A DNA stretch of 25,975 nt from Thermovirgaceae bacterium (GTDB taxonomy: Bacteria > Synergistota > Synergistia > Synergistales > Thermovirgaceae), in NCBI GenBank assembly GCA_046542505.1, contig JBKHBH010000026.1:1-25975 (forward strand), written 5' to 3'. The translations under genes and the position numbers were made by a program. The number at the start of each line of letters is the position of its first letter. The stretch's first letter is position 1. The notes under the pieces were generated by a model, which did not search any database, was not told where the DNA came from, and saw only the letters and a list, made by a program, of their open reading frames with translations. Shown piece by piece: positions 16,940-24,491 of the stretch.

Positions 16940-17746
16940 ATGGAAAAGAGGCTTGGTTTTATCGGGGCCGGTCATATTACGGAGATGATTCTCACGAAAA
17001 TCATTGCTTCCGGTGTCATCGCGCCGGATGGCATTACCGTCAGCGATGTCGATACCGAAAGGCTCCAATGGATGGAAGAACAATTCTCCGTGAAAACCAC
17101 TACGGATAACAGGCAGGCTTTTCTGGCGGGAGACGTCACTTTTGTCTGCGTACAGCCCCGGATCGTTCCCGCCGTTGTGGAGGACCTCAGGGGGATCTCC
17201 GTCGACGGGAAAGCCCTGCTGACCATAGCGGCAGGAGTTCCCATGGCCGTCTATGAAAGCATAGGCGACAGTGTTGGTGTCATGCGCGCCCTGCCGAACC
17301 CGCCGAGCCAGGTCGGCTGCGCCATCATTCCTTACGCGAAAAACCGCCACATCACCCCAAAAATGGAGAGTTTGATCCTGGAAATTCTTTCCCTTTTAGG
17401 GAAATGCATCCCCATGCATGAAGACGGGATCAGCATAGTGACCTCCCTCAGCAGCCCGGCCCCGGTCTTCCTTTTCCTCGACTCCATGGTGGAAGCGGGC
17501 GTCCTGTGCGGTCTCAGCAGGCCCGATTCCGTTCAGGTGGCCCATCAGACCGTTCTCGGGTGCCTCAGGCTCTGGGAAAGCAAGGAGGGCAAAACCTTCA
17601 GCGACCTGATAGCCGATGCCAGCACCCCTGCCGGGGTTTCAGTGGAGAGTGTTTACGTCATGGACTGTCATGCCTTCAGGGGAACTGTCAAGGAGGCCTA
17701 TTTGAAAGGTGCCGAAAGGGCTCGGGCGCTCAGCGGAGGGAAGTAA
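16940..17746 (+). CDS. Pyrroline-5-carboxylate reductase-family oxidoreductase (divergent ProC-like)
   Basis: LGFIGAGHI, CVQP, TIAAGV, RALPNPP, SSPAPVFLFLDSMVEAGVLCGLSR, STPAGVS, ERARAL: ProC architecture with altered signature motifs. Confidence 0.8.
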   Translation: MEKRLGFIGAGHITEMILTKIIASGVIAPDGITVSDVDTERLQWMEEQFSVKTTTDNRQAFLAGDVTFVCVQPRIVPAVVEDLRGISVDGKALLTIAAGVPMAVYESIGDSVGVMRALPNPPSQVGCAIIPYAKNRHITPKMESLILEILSLLGKCIPMHEDGISIVTSLSSPAPVFLFLDSMVEAGVLCGLSRPDSVQVAHQTVLGCLRLWESKEGKTFSDLIADASTPAGVSVESVYVMDCHAFRGTVKEAYLKGAERARALSGGK

Positions 17747-17805
17747 CGGAAGGTCCGGGAAGCGGCGATTTTATAGGAGGATATTAAAACAAGGGGATCA
17801 CAGTT

Positions 17806-17825
17806 ATTGTATAATCGTATTATAA
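17806..17825. promoter_or_regulatory. Putative GntR operator upstream of the regulator gene
   Basis: ATTGTATAATCGTATTATAA matches the reverse complement of 8154-8173 (ATTGTACAATCGTATAATAA) at 18/20 positions. Confidence 0.6.
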
Positions 17826-17924
17826 ATTCATTTGGGAACGGATGCTCTTGATGGTCTATGATGCACATTGACAAAAAATCCAGCCAGACATTATGTCTTT
17901 CGATACAATAAAGGAATGGTGGAA

Positions 17925-18623
17925 ATGAAATTCCCGGAGCTTATCGAAAAAGAATCAGAGAAAAACCTTTCAACACCGGTATTTGTTGTCAACGTTCTGA
18001 GAGAAGCCATTCTGAGGGGTATCTTCAAGTGTGGCAAAATCCTCCGGCAGGGGGAAATCGCCGCGGAAATGGGCGTCAGTCACACCCCGGTCAGGGAAGC
18101 CATCCGTCAGCTCGAGGCTGAAGGCTTTGTAGCGATTATCCCCAACAGGGGCGCCATGGTGACGGGCCTGACCGTGGACGATGCCCGGGAGGTTTTTTCA
18201 ATACGCAAACTCCTTGAATCGGAGGCCCTGCGCCGCGCCCTTCCCGGGCTGGACGAAAAGACCTTGCGGAAGTGCGAGTACATCAACATGGAAATAGGCG
18301 ACGAACAGGATGTTCATACCTGGTGCGGACTGAACTGGGATTTTCACAAGAGCCTGTATGCACCTGCAGAGAGCCCGCGGTTGTTGCAGATGATTCAAAA
18401 CCTTCACTCCAATGTGGACCGCTACTTGCGGTTGTATCTTGAGGTTGAGGATTATCGCAGCATTGGGGTGAGAGAGCATGGTTTGATCCTCGATGCCTGC
18501 AGGAATAAAGACGAATCGGCGGCTATCCGGGCCCTGGAGCTCCACCTGGAGAACTCACGCACTTTTCTCGAGGAATTCCTCGAGAAAGAAGGCTGCTCCG
18601 AAATATCCGAATGTCCCAGATAG
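17925..18623 (+). CDS. GntR-family transcriptional regulator with FCD domain (FadR/VanR-like)
   Basis: LREAILRG...LRQGEIAAEMGVSHTPVREAIRQLEAEG wHTH; IRKLLE, NWDFH, EHGLI, ELHL FCD motifs. Start is ATG 17925 or 17916. Confidence 0.93.
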   Translation: MKFPELIEKESEKNLSTPVFVVNVLREAILRGIFKCGKILRQGEIAAEMGVSHTPVREAIRQLEAEGFVAIIPNRGAMVTGLTVDDAREVFSIRKLLESEALRRALPGLDEKTLRKCEYINMEIGDEQDVHTWCGLNWDFHKSLYAPAESPRLLQMIQNLHSNVDRYLRLYLEVEDYRSIGVREHGLILDACRNKDESAAIRALELHLENSRTFLEEFLEKEGCSEISECPR

Positions 18624-18649
18624 GCCGGGAGAAATCCCTGCCTGTCTTT
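18618..18649. terminator. Probable hairpin terminator between convergent gntR and hydantoinase-A-like genes
   Basis: AGATAGGC-C-GGGA-GAAA-TCCC-T-GCCTGTCT hairpin with a GAAA loop filling the short intergenic gap. Confidence 0.55.
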
Positions 18650-20645
18650 ACGTTTTTGAGGCCTCGAACCAGAGGACGATGTCCAAAAGAAGAGAGCGGC
18701 CTTCCAGGATGACGGCGTTCTCTTCCCGGGTCATCGTTATAATCGGTTTTTCGACTCCCTGGGAAGCCAGCACCCCCGCAAGCCATCCCCTCATGAATTT
18801 TTCTGCAATGCCGACGGCGTTTTCGACGGAACCAGCGTCTGCAACGCCTGTAGGCAGATGGATACGGAATCCTCTCCCGTCGGGAAGGGGCAGTATGAAA
18901 ACGCCCTTTCTGACGCTTGTAGCCGCCATCGCTGCGCCTGTGGCATTTGCGACAGGCGATTCAGAAGGGATGATTCCATGAGTTTTCAGCATTCGAGCCG
19001 CTTTTGGGATGAAAGCCCCGGCCGGTGCCCCCATTCCGACGAGGGGAACGTGCAAGGCGGCTTCCATTGAAACTGGTTCATTCTCTTTTCGACCGGATAG
19101 CATCCTTTCCGACAAGTTATTCAGAAAAAGCCGGTCTGATTGTGAAAATCCGTGCCGCTCGAGGATTTCCTCGAGGACGAACCGGGCAAGATGCTTGCTG
19201 ACAGCCCATATCACCTCACGGGAAAAATCCTCCCCTTTCTGGAACCCGCCGAGACGGGCCATGAGGCAGGCGGCGTCGCGAGATACCCCGCCATCGCCGA
19301 AAGGCAGTTTCCCCAGCGCGGCGAGTGCATCAGTGGGCGTGAAGGCGGCCAGCTCAAACACGCCGGCGCGCACCAGGTTCATAATTTTTTCCGTGCCACC
19401 GTGGTCCTGGAGTTCTGCAACAGCCTCGGTCAGCGTGATGACCCCTGCATCGCGCACCCTGCCGAGAATGTTTTTCTCCAGGATGCTGGCTCCGGCCAGG
19501 GCCTTCGCTCCGGCCAAAAGAAAGACTGGAGCTTTCGGGGTATTGCCCTTTTGCCCGGCACCCGTTTCTACCATTGAAGGGACAGCTGTAATTCCTGTTT
19601 CAGTGAGAAGGCACAGCGGAACCGCCCGCAGGGGACCAAAGCTTAATGCCTTTTTCGATGGCCCGATATGAACCTGGCTGTCCCCTCCAAGGGCGATTGT
19701 CCGGATATCGATCGATGGGGCCATGACCTTGTAACGCCCCACCATTACGCCTTTCGTGCTGATCACGGGTGAGCCTTTCCCCAAAAAGGCCATGTCAGTG
19801 GTGGTACCGCCCATGTCAAGTGCGACGAAGCTTTTGCTGGAAGATTCCGGGGCAAGGTGGGCAGCACCGGCGATACTTGCGGCAGGTCCCGAGAGTATTG
19901 TCTCCACGGGCCGCTCTTTTGCCCATGCCGAACTCATGAGACTGCCGTCTCCCCGGACAACGTAAACAGGGGCGTGGATCCCGGCGCCTGCGAAAGTTTC
20001 CTGCATGGCATCGAGCCATTCCCGGACCGTCGGTACGAGGCCTGCATTCAACGCCGCTGTGGAGGCCCTTGCCATGGTGTTGAGCTCTCCTGACAGTTCA
20101 TGTCCGCAGCTGCAAGGCAGGTTGGAGCTCTCGTTGATAATGGCCCTGGCGCGGATTTCATGGTCTGGATTGCGGTTTCCAAAAAGGGATGAGATGGCGA
20201 AAGCCTCGACCCGCTCTCTCCAGAAAACGGCCGTATTCCGTATCCTTTTTTCGTCAAGAGGGGCGCTTTCCTTCCCGTGGCGGTTATGTCCCCCATCAAT
20301 GAAGACCACGTTATGCGTGGGGAGCGAGTCCCCGAAGCTCCACGCTTCGAAGGAATTCCTTTCGTAGCCGATGAGGACGAGGCAGACAGGGCGCATGCGC
20401 TCTTCCACGATGGCGTTCGTTGCCAGCGTTGTGGAAAGGTTGACGGCGGAAGCCCGAACAGCGGAAGGCTCGGTGCTGATAAGTTTTTCGAGGCATTTGC
20501 CTATGGAAAGACAAAGGTCATTTCTGTCTGTGCGCACCTTCGACCAGGCGATAACCCTTCCTGACGGGACATCCATGAGCACTGCGTCAGTGAAAGTCCC
20601 TCCCGTGTCCACTCCGATGACGGTCTTCCCGCCTTGCATGGTCAT
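18648..20645 (-). CDS. Hydantoinase A/oxoprolinase-family ATPase (stand-alone, no B subunit nearby)
   Basis: GVDTGGTFTD, STTLATNAIVE, ETILSGPAAS, DMGGTTTD, ALGGDS, FTPTDA, ANATGAA motifs; 665 aa. Confidence 0.9.
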   Translation of the reverse strand: MTMQGGKTVIGVDTGGTFTDAVLMDVPSGRVIAWSKVRTDRNDLCLSIGKCLEKLISTEPSAVRASAVNLSTTLATNAIVEERMRPVCLVLIGYERNSFEAWSFGDSLPTHNVVFIDGGHNRHGKESAPLDEKRIRNTAVFWRERVEAFAISSLFGNRNPDHEIRARAIINESSNLPCSCGHELSGELNTMARASTAALNAGLVPTVREWLDAMQETFAGAGIHAPVYVVRGDGSLMSSAWAKERPVETILSGPAASIAGAAHLAPESSSKSFVALDMGGTTTDMAFLGKGSPVISTKGVMVGRYKVMAPSIDIRTIALGGDSQVHIGPSKKALSFGPLRAVPLCLLTETGITAVPSMVETGAGQKGNTPKAPVFLLAGAKALAGASILEKNILGRVRDAGVITLTEAVAELQDHGGTEKIMNLVRAGVFELAAFTPTDALAALGKLPFGDGGVSRDAACLMARLGGFQKGEDFSREVIWAVSKHLARFVLEEILERHGFSQSDRLFLNNLSERMLSGRKENEPVSMEAALHVPLVGMGAPAGAFIPKAARMLKTHGIIPSESPVANATGAAMAATSVRKGVFILPLPDGRGFRIHLPTGVADAGSVENAVGIAEKFMRGWLAGVLASQGVEKPIITMTREENAVILEGRSLLLDIVLWFEASKT

Positions 20646-20647
20646 TT

Positions 20648-22414
20648 CTACCTCCAGACCCTTGATGCGGCTGCAAGGAAATCACCGGGACCGCTGCAGG
20701 TGTAAAAACCCATTTCCTTCAGTTTTTCTTCCACATCGACAGGAAGGTCCTCATCGTCAATTTTCTGATTCAATACACCTCCCATGAAAACGGGTACGTG
20801 CAAATTCCGTTCTTCGAGTTCTTCCTTCAGGGCGTGGGCGTACTCCAGAGCCATGCCGTTGTGAGTGCTAAGAAGGACTGCTTCAGCGCCTTCCTGTGCA
20901 ACCCGCATGGCGATTTCGTCGGGGTTTCTCTCGGGACCTTCGTTGTGGACCAGTGCTCCGGCGTACCTGAGAAGACGCTCCATGACAAAGAGTGCGTGTT
21001 CGTGGACGTCTGTGGATGCCACAACGAGGACGCGGCCGGCGAGGGCTGCCCGCGATACCGGTTGAGCGAAGCTCTCCTGGGATTTTTCGACGCACCGCAA
21101 TGAGTGTTCAAAGACGTCATTGGGGATGACCGCTTCACGGCCCCGGAGGGATGCAGGGTTCCTTTTCCCGGCGCCGAAGGTTTCCTCGAAGGAAGCCGGA
21201 CCGAGACGCTTCAGAACATACAGGAGTTGGACGGGATCCCTGAGGTCGACTCCTGCTTCTTTGAGCCCCGAAAGGGCGTTTCGGAAAACCTCGCTGCCTT
21301 TTTCGACGACAGTTTGCGCAAAGGCACGAGGCGCCGAAAAGTCGAAGGACGGAAAGGCCCGGCGTGCCGTCGATTCCATACGACGACCGAAAATTTGGGC
21401 TTCGATGATTTCGTCAAGAGAAGGCACCCGGATGGCTTCCGTCGAGGGAATGGAGAGCACGGCATGGCCGGTGGGGCATTCGAGCTGGGTCAGGATGTCC
21501 CAAAGGAGGGTTTCCGCCACAACGGCGCGGTTCCAGGCGAAATCCCGCGTGAAGGATATGGTGTCTCCATAGACCATTGACCCGATGCACTCGCCTTCGT
21601 GGATTTGCTGGAGGGCGAAAATCCATCCGGACCTTTTTACAGGGTCGGATACAAGTCCTCCGACGCAATGGGCCAGCTTGGCCCCCAGGAGTTCTTCGAC
21701 AATATGGCGTTCGAGCATCGCCCATCCGGCGATGGTGGCACAGTCCGAAAAAAGGGCGCCCATGCCGTCGTCGAGATAGGAGTGCACGAGTGTCCCTTTG
21801 CTTCTGAGCGCTCCCATGAGCGAGATCGCCTTCACCGTTTCCACCGTGGTAAAGGCCGTGTCCCGCCATCCCGGAGCCTCGTGGGAAAAAAACTGCGAGA
21901 GGTTGCCTATGGTGGTGATTCCCGCGCCAAGGGCGTAGATCGTGTTTTCCGTGGACGCAGGGAAACCGATCATAAAATCACCCATGTGGGGCTGGATCGG
22001 CGCTGCTTTTCCCACGGCCGCCCAATCCTCGGGGCTTTCCAAGAGTGGGCCCGTCTCGGCTGGCGCTTTCCTGCGGAGGTCCGCCGGAAGTGCCATCCGA
22101 CGGTCAAGGCAAATCCCTGCCCTGTCCTGCAGGTAGCCTTCGGAAGCCAAAGCGGCGTGTAGGTGCTTGAGCCCTCTTTCGGTTTCCCTCCAGGAACTCA
22201 TTCCGATATGGCAGTGGTACATGATCCGTTTTTCCTTCATGCATTGCCTCTTGTATTCTTCCTCGGAGTCAACTCCGAAGGCGTCCATGAAGGCTGTCCT
22301 CCCTACCACTGTTTCCTTCGCGAGGTTCCTGCCCTCGTCCACGATGGTTTTTCCGGGAGGCAATGGGGTGTCGAGACTCTTGCGGATTTTCCGGAAGGTT
22401 TCTTCTGTGGCCAT
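20648..22414 (-). CDS. Cobalamin-dependent protein of unknown function (large N-terminal domain plus C-terminal B12-binding domain)
   Basis: C-terminal VVASTDVHEHAL...LLSTHNG...VFMGGVLN fits the DxHxx(G/A)...S...GG base-off/His-on B12 pattern; the N-terminal ~450 aa match no enzyme I can name. Confidence 0.8.
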   Translation of the reverse strand: MATEETFRKIRKSLDTPLPPGKTIVDEGRNLAKETVVGRTAFMDAFGVDSEEEYKRQCMKEKRIMYHCHIGMSSWRETERGLKHLHAALASEGYLQDRAGICLDRRMALPADLRRKAPAETGPLLESPEDWAAVGKAAPIQPHMGDFMIGFPASTENTIYALGAGITTIGNLSQFFSHEAPGWRDTAFTTVETVKAISLMGALRSKGTLVHSYLDDGMGALFSDCATIAGWAMLERHIVEELLGAKLAHCVGGLVSDPVKRSGWIFALQQIHEGECIGSMVYGDTISFTRDFAWNRAVVAETLLWDILTQLECPTGHAVLSIPSTEAIRVPSLDEIIEAQIFGRRMESTARRAFPSFDFSAPRAFAQTVVEKGSEVFRNALSGLKEAGVDLRDPVQLLYVLKRLGPASFEETFGAGKRNPASLRGREAVIPNDVFEHSLRCVEKSQESFAQPVSRAALAGRVLVVASTDVHEHALFVMERLLRYAGALVHNEGPERNPDEIAMRVAQEGAEAVLLSTHNGMALEYAHALKEELEERNLHVPVFMGGVLNQKIDDEDLPVDVEEKLKEMGFYTCSGPGDFLAAASRVWR

Positions 22415-22465
22415 CTCAGGTCATCCTTTCCAAGGTGAAAAGGGATCTCGGAACATGGGATCAGT

Positions 22466-22490
22466 ATATTATAATCCTATAATAATATAA
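22466..22490. promoter_or_regulatory. Putative GntR operator/promoter upstream of the B12 protein operon
   Basis: ATATTATAATCCTATAATAATATAA matches the reverse complement of 8149-8173 (ATTGTACAATCGTATAATAATATAA) at 21/25 positions. Confidence 0.6.
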
Positions 22491-22659
22491 ATAGTTTTTG
22501 CGCTTCCTCCCGGCACCTGGTCGCAGGACGGTTTTATGCCATATTCAGTGTCACGATCGCCTGCTCAAGGCTTGTCGAGGGGGTACCCTGTCCTGCCGCG
22601 GGGAACCCTCGAGATAAACCCGTCATGCCTGTTGACGCCAAGCCGCAACGCTTCAGGAC

Positions 22660-22990
22660 GAGCTTGACATGATCATGATGGAGGAGCCGCCGGCACGATC
22701 CTGAAGTGTGGAAAACTTCCCATGCCGGTGCGTCCTCCGCCTTTACCGCAGCCAAAGATGTCACCCCTGACTGGATACAGGCAAAGGAAGAAAATCGGGG
22801 CCTTATTGTGGGGTATCGCATGATTCTGGAAAAGACAAATGAAGCTTTGGCGTGGACGAAAAATAACGGCGACGATGTGGATAAAATAGCGATCTGGTTT
22901 TTGAAGGAAAACACCGACTTGCGGCATCAATGGGTTGAGGAGGAAGAAAAGATCAAGCCGAGTGAAAAAGCCCTGAAGACGGCGTCCTAG
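22660..22990 (+). pseudogene. C-terminal remnant of a glycine betaine/proline ABC substrate-binding protein (ProX/OpuAC-like)
   Basis: ELDMIMMEEPP, frameshift, HDPEVWK...NEALAW...AIWFLKENTDLRHQWV resembles the C-terminus of these binding proteins; no N-terminus or signal peptide is present. Confidence 0.6.
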
Positions 22991-23020
22991 ATAGAATGAT
23001 TGACAGAGTTTTTGTATTAC

Positions 23021-23046
23021 AGGGGCCGCCTGGGGCGGCCCTTTTT
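23021..23046 (+). terminator. Intrinsic terminator after the binding-protein remnant
   Basis: GGGCCGCC (23023-23030) / GGCGGCCC (23034-23041) followed by TTTTT. Confidence 0.8.
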
Positions 23047-23140
23047 ACGGTCCCTCAAAAAGATCAGTTTGTCCTGGAACAGGTATTTCCCTTCCCGGGG
23101 CTGGGACAATACAATGGCACGGACAGGGTAGGGAGATGAG

Positions 23141-24343
23141 GTGTCTGGAATGAAAGACAAGATGCGATGTTTGAAGGAAGAGTTGTTCGAAGCTGTTGAG
23201 AAGCATTCACCAAAGGCGATAGCCCTGAGCGATCATCTCGCGGCAAACCCCGAACCCGGCGACGAGGAGTTCGAATCGAGCAGATTGCATGCAGACCTCC
23301 TGAGGTTGGCCGGTTTCGAGGTGGAATACCCTTTTGCCGGAATCGCGACGGCTTTTCGGGCCAAAAGGGGGAAGGGGTCGTCGAAAGTGGCCTTTCTCGC
23401 GGAATATGACGCGCTGCCCGAAATCGGCCATGCCTGCGGGCACAATCTTTCGGGCGCCATGTCGACTTTGGCCGGGATTGCCCTTGCTTCGGTGTCGGAT
23501 GAACTCGACGGAGAAATACAAGTCATTGGCACGCCTGCCGAAGAGACCAACGGGGCCAAGGTCGCCATGTCGGAAAAGGGTGTTTTCGACGACCTGGACC
23601 TGGCGCTCACGCTTCATTGCTCCGGCGGCGCCTCCTTTGTCCCTTACGAAAGCCTGGCCGTGGACGCTCTGGAATTTGTCTTTACCGGGAAGACAGCTCA
23701 CGCCTCGGCTTCGCCCTGGATGGGGAAAAACGCCCTCAACGGCGTGCAGCTCTTTTTTCATGCCCTGGACATGCTCCGGCAGCATGTCCCGCCTGAGGTC
23801 AGGATGCACGGGATCATCACCTCCGGTGGTGAGGCCCCGAATATCGTTCCCGAAAAGGCTGTAGCGAAGTTTTACTTCCGAGCCCCGAAGCGGCCGATGG
23901 TGAATGAGATCGTGGCAAAGGCGAAAAATTGCGCGAGAGGAGCGGCCCTTGCCACCGAAACGGACGTCCGGTGGGACACGGCGGAGATCAGTTTCGAAGA
24001 CATGAAGCGCAACAGCTCCGCCGAAAGGGCGATGGAAAAAATCATGGAAGAACTCGGCGTCGTTCTGTCCTCGGGGCCGGGCCCCCAGGGGTCTTCTGAC
24101 ATCGGCAACGCCAGCAGGCGCTGTCCCGCATTGCAGCCCCACTTTTCGATCACAAAGGAGTCCCGTGATCTTCATACCCGGGAATTCGCCCGGGCGACCA
24201 CTGAGCCGGAGGCGCACCGGGCAATGATTACCGGAGCAAAGGCCCTCGCCGCCATGGCGTTATCGGTAATATCCGACCAAAAGCTGCGCGAGACAGTGAA
24301 GGCGGATCACAGAAGGGATTGTCCTGCAAGGGGGACGCCATAG
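23141..24343 (+). CDS. M20D-family amidohydrolase (AbgB/HmrA/PM20D2-like)
   Basis: NPEPGDEE, EYDALPEIGHACGHN, GTPAEE, GKTAHAS..PWMGKNAL, APNIVP, GSSDIGN; start GTG 23141 or ATG 23150. Confidence 0.92.
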   Translation: MSGMKDKMRCLKEELFEAVEKHSPKAIALSDHLAANPEPGDEEFESSRLHADLLRLAGFEVEYPFAGIATAFRAKRGKGSSKVAFLAEYDALPEIGHACGHNLSGAMSTLAGIALASVSDELDGEIQVIGTPAEETNGAKVAMSEKGVFDDLDLALTLHCSGGASFVPYESLAVDALEFVFTGKTAHASASPWMGKNALNGVQLFFHALDMLRQHVPPEVRMHGIITSGGEAPNIVPEKAVAKFYFRAPKRPMVNEIVAKAKNCARGAALATETDVRWDTAEISFEDMKRNSSAERAMEKIMEELGVVLSSGPGPQGSSDIGNASRRCPALQPHFSITKESRDLHTREFARATTEPEAHRAMITGAKALAAMALSVISDQKLRETVKADHRRDCPARGTP

Positions 24344-24491
24344 GTATTGTCCCATCGACGGGAAACGGACCGAGTGGCGGAGTGAAGCGATTTGAAAATG
24401 TTCTAGAAGAATCTTGTCGCTGTTTATATGATCTGATAAAGTGACACAAAACATGCAAAAGGCTCGTCTGCGACGGAAATGGGGAATCGAT

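Noticed and set aside
5029..22490. Mobile element status of the island
   Set aside because: No integrase, transposase, tRNA anchor or terminal repeats were seen, and no obvious composition shift by eye.
22415..22660. Cobalamin riboswitch upstream of the B12 protein
   Set aside because: No B12-box or other conserved riboswitch elements recognisable by eye; an Rfam scan would be decisive.
23207..24217. 336-aa minus-strand ORF over the M20 gene
   Set aside because: Antisense shadow of the amidohydrolase.
24344..24491. c-di-GMP riboswitch upstream of the HD-GYP gene
   Set aside because: The conserved GEMM-type elements were not seen.
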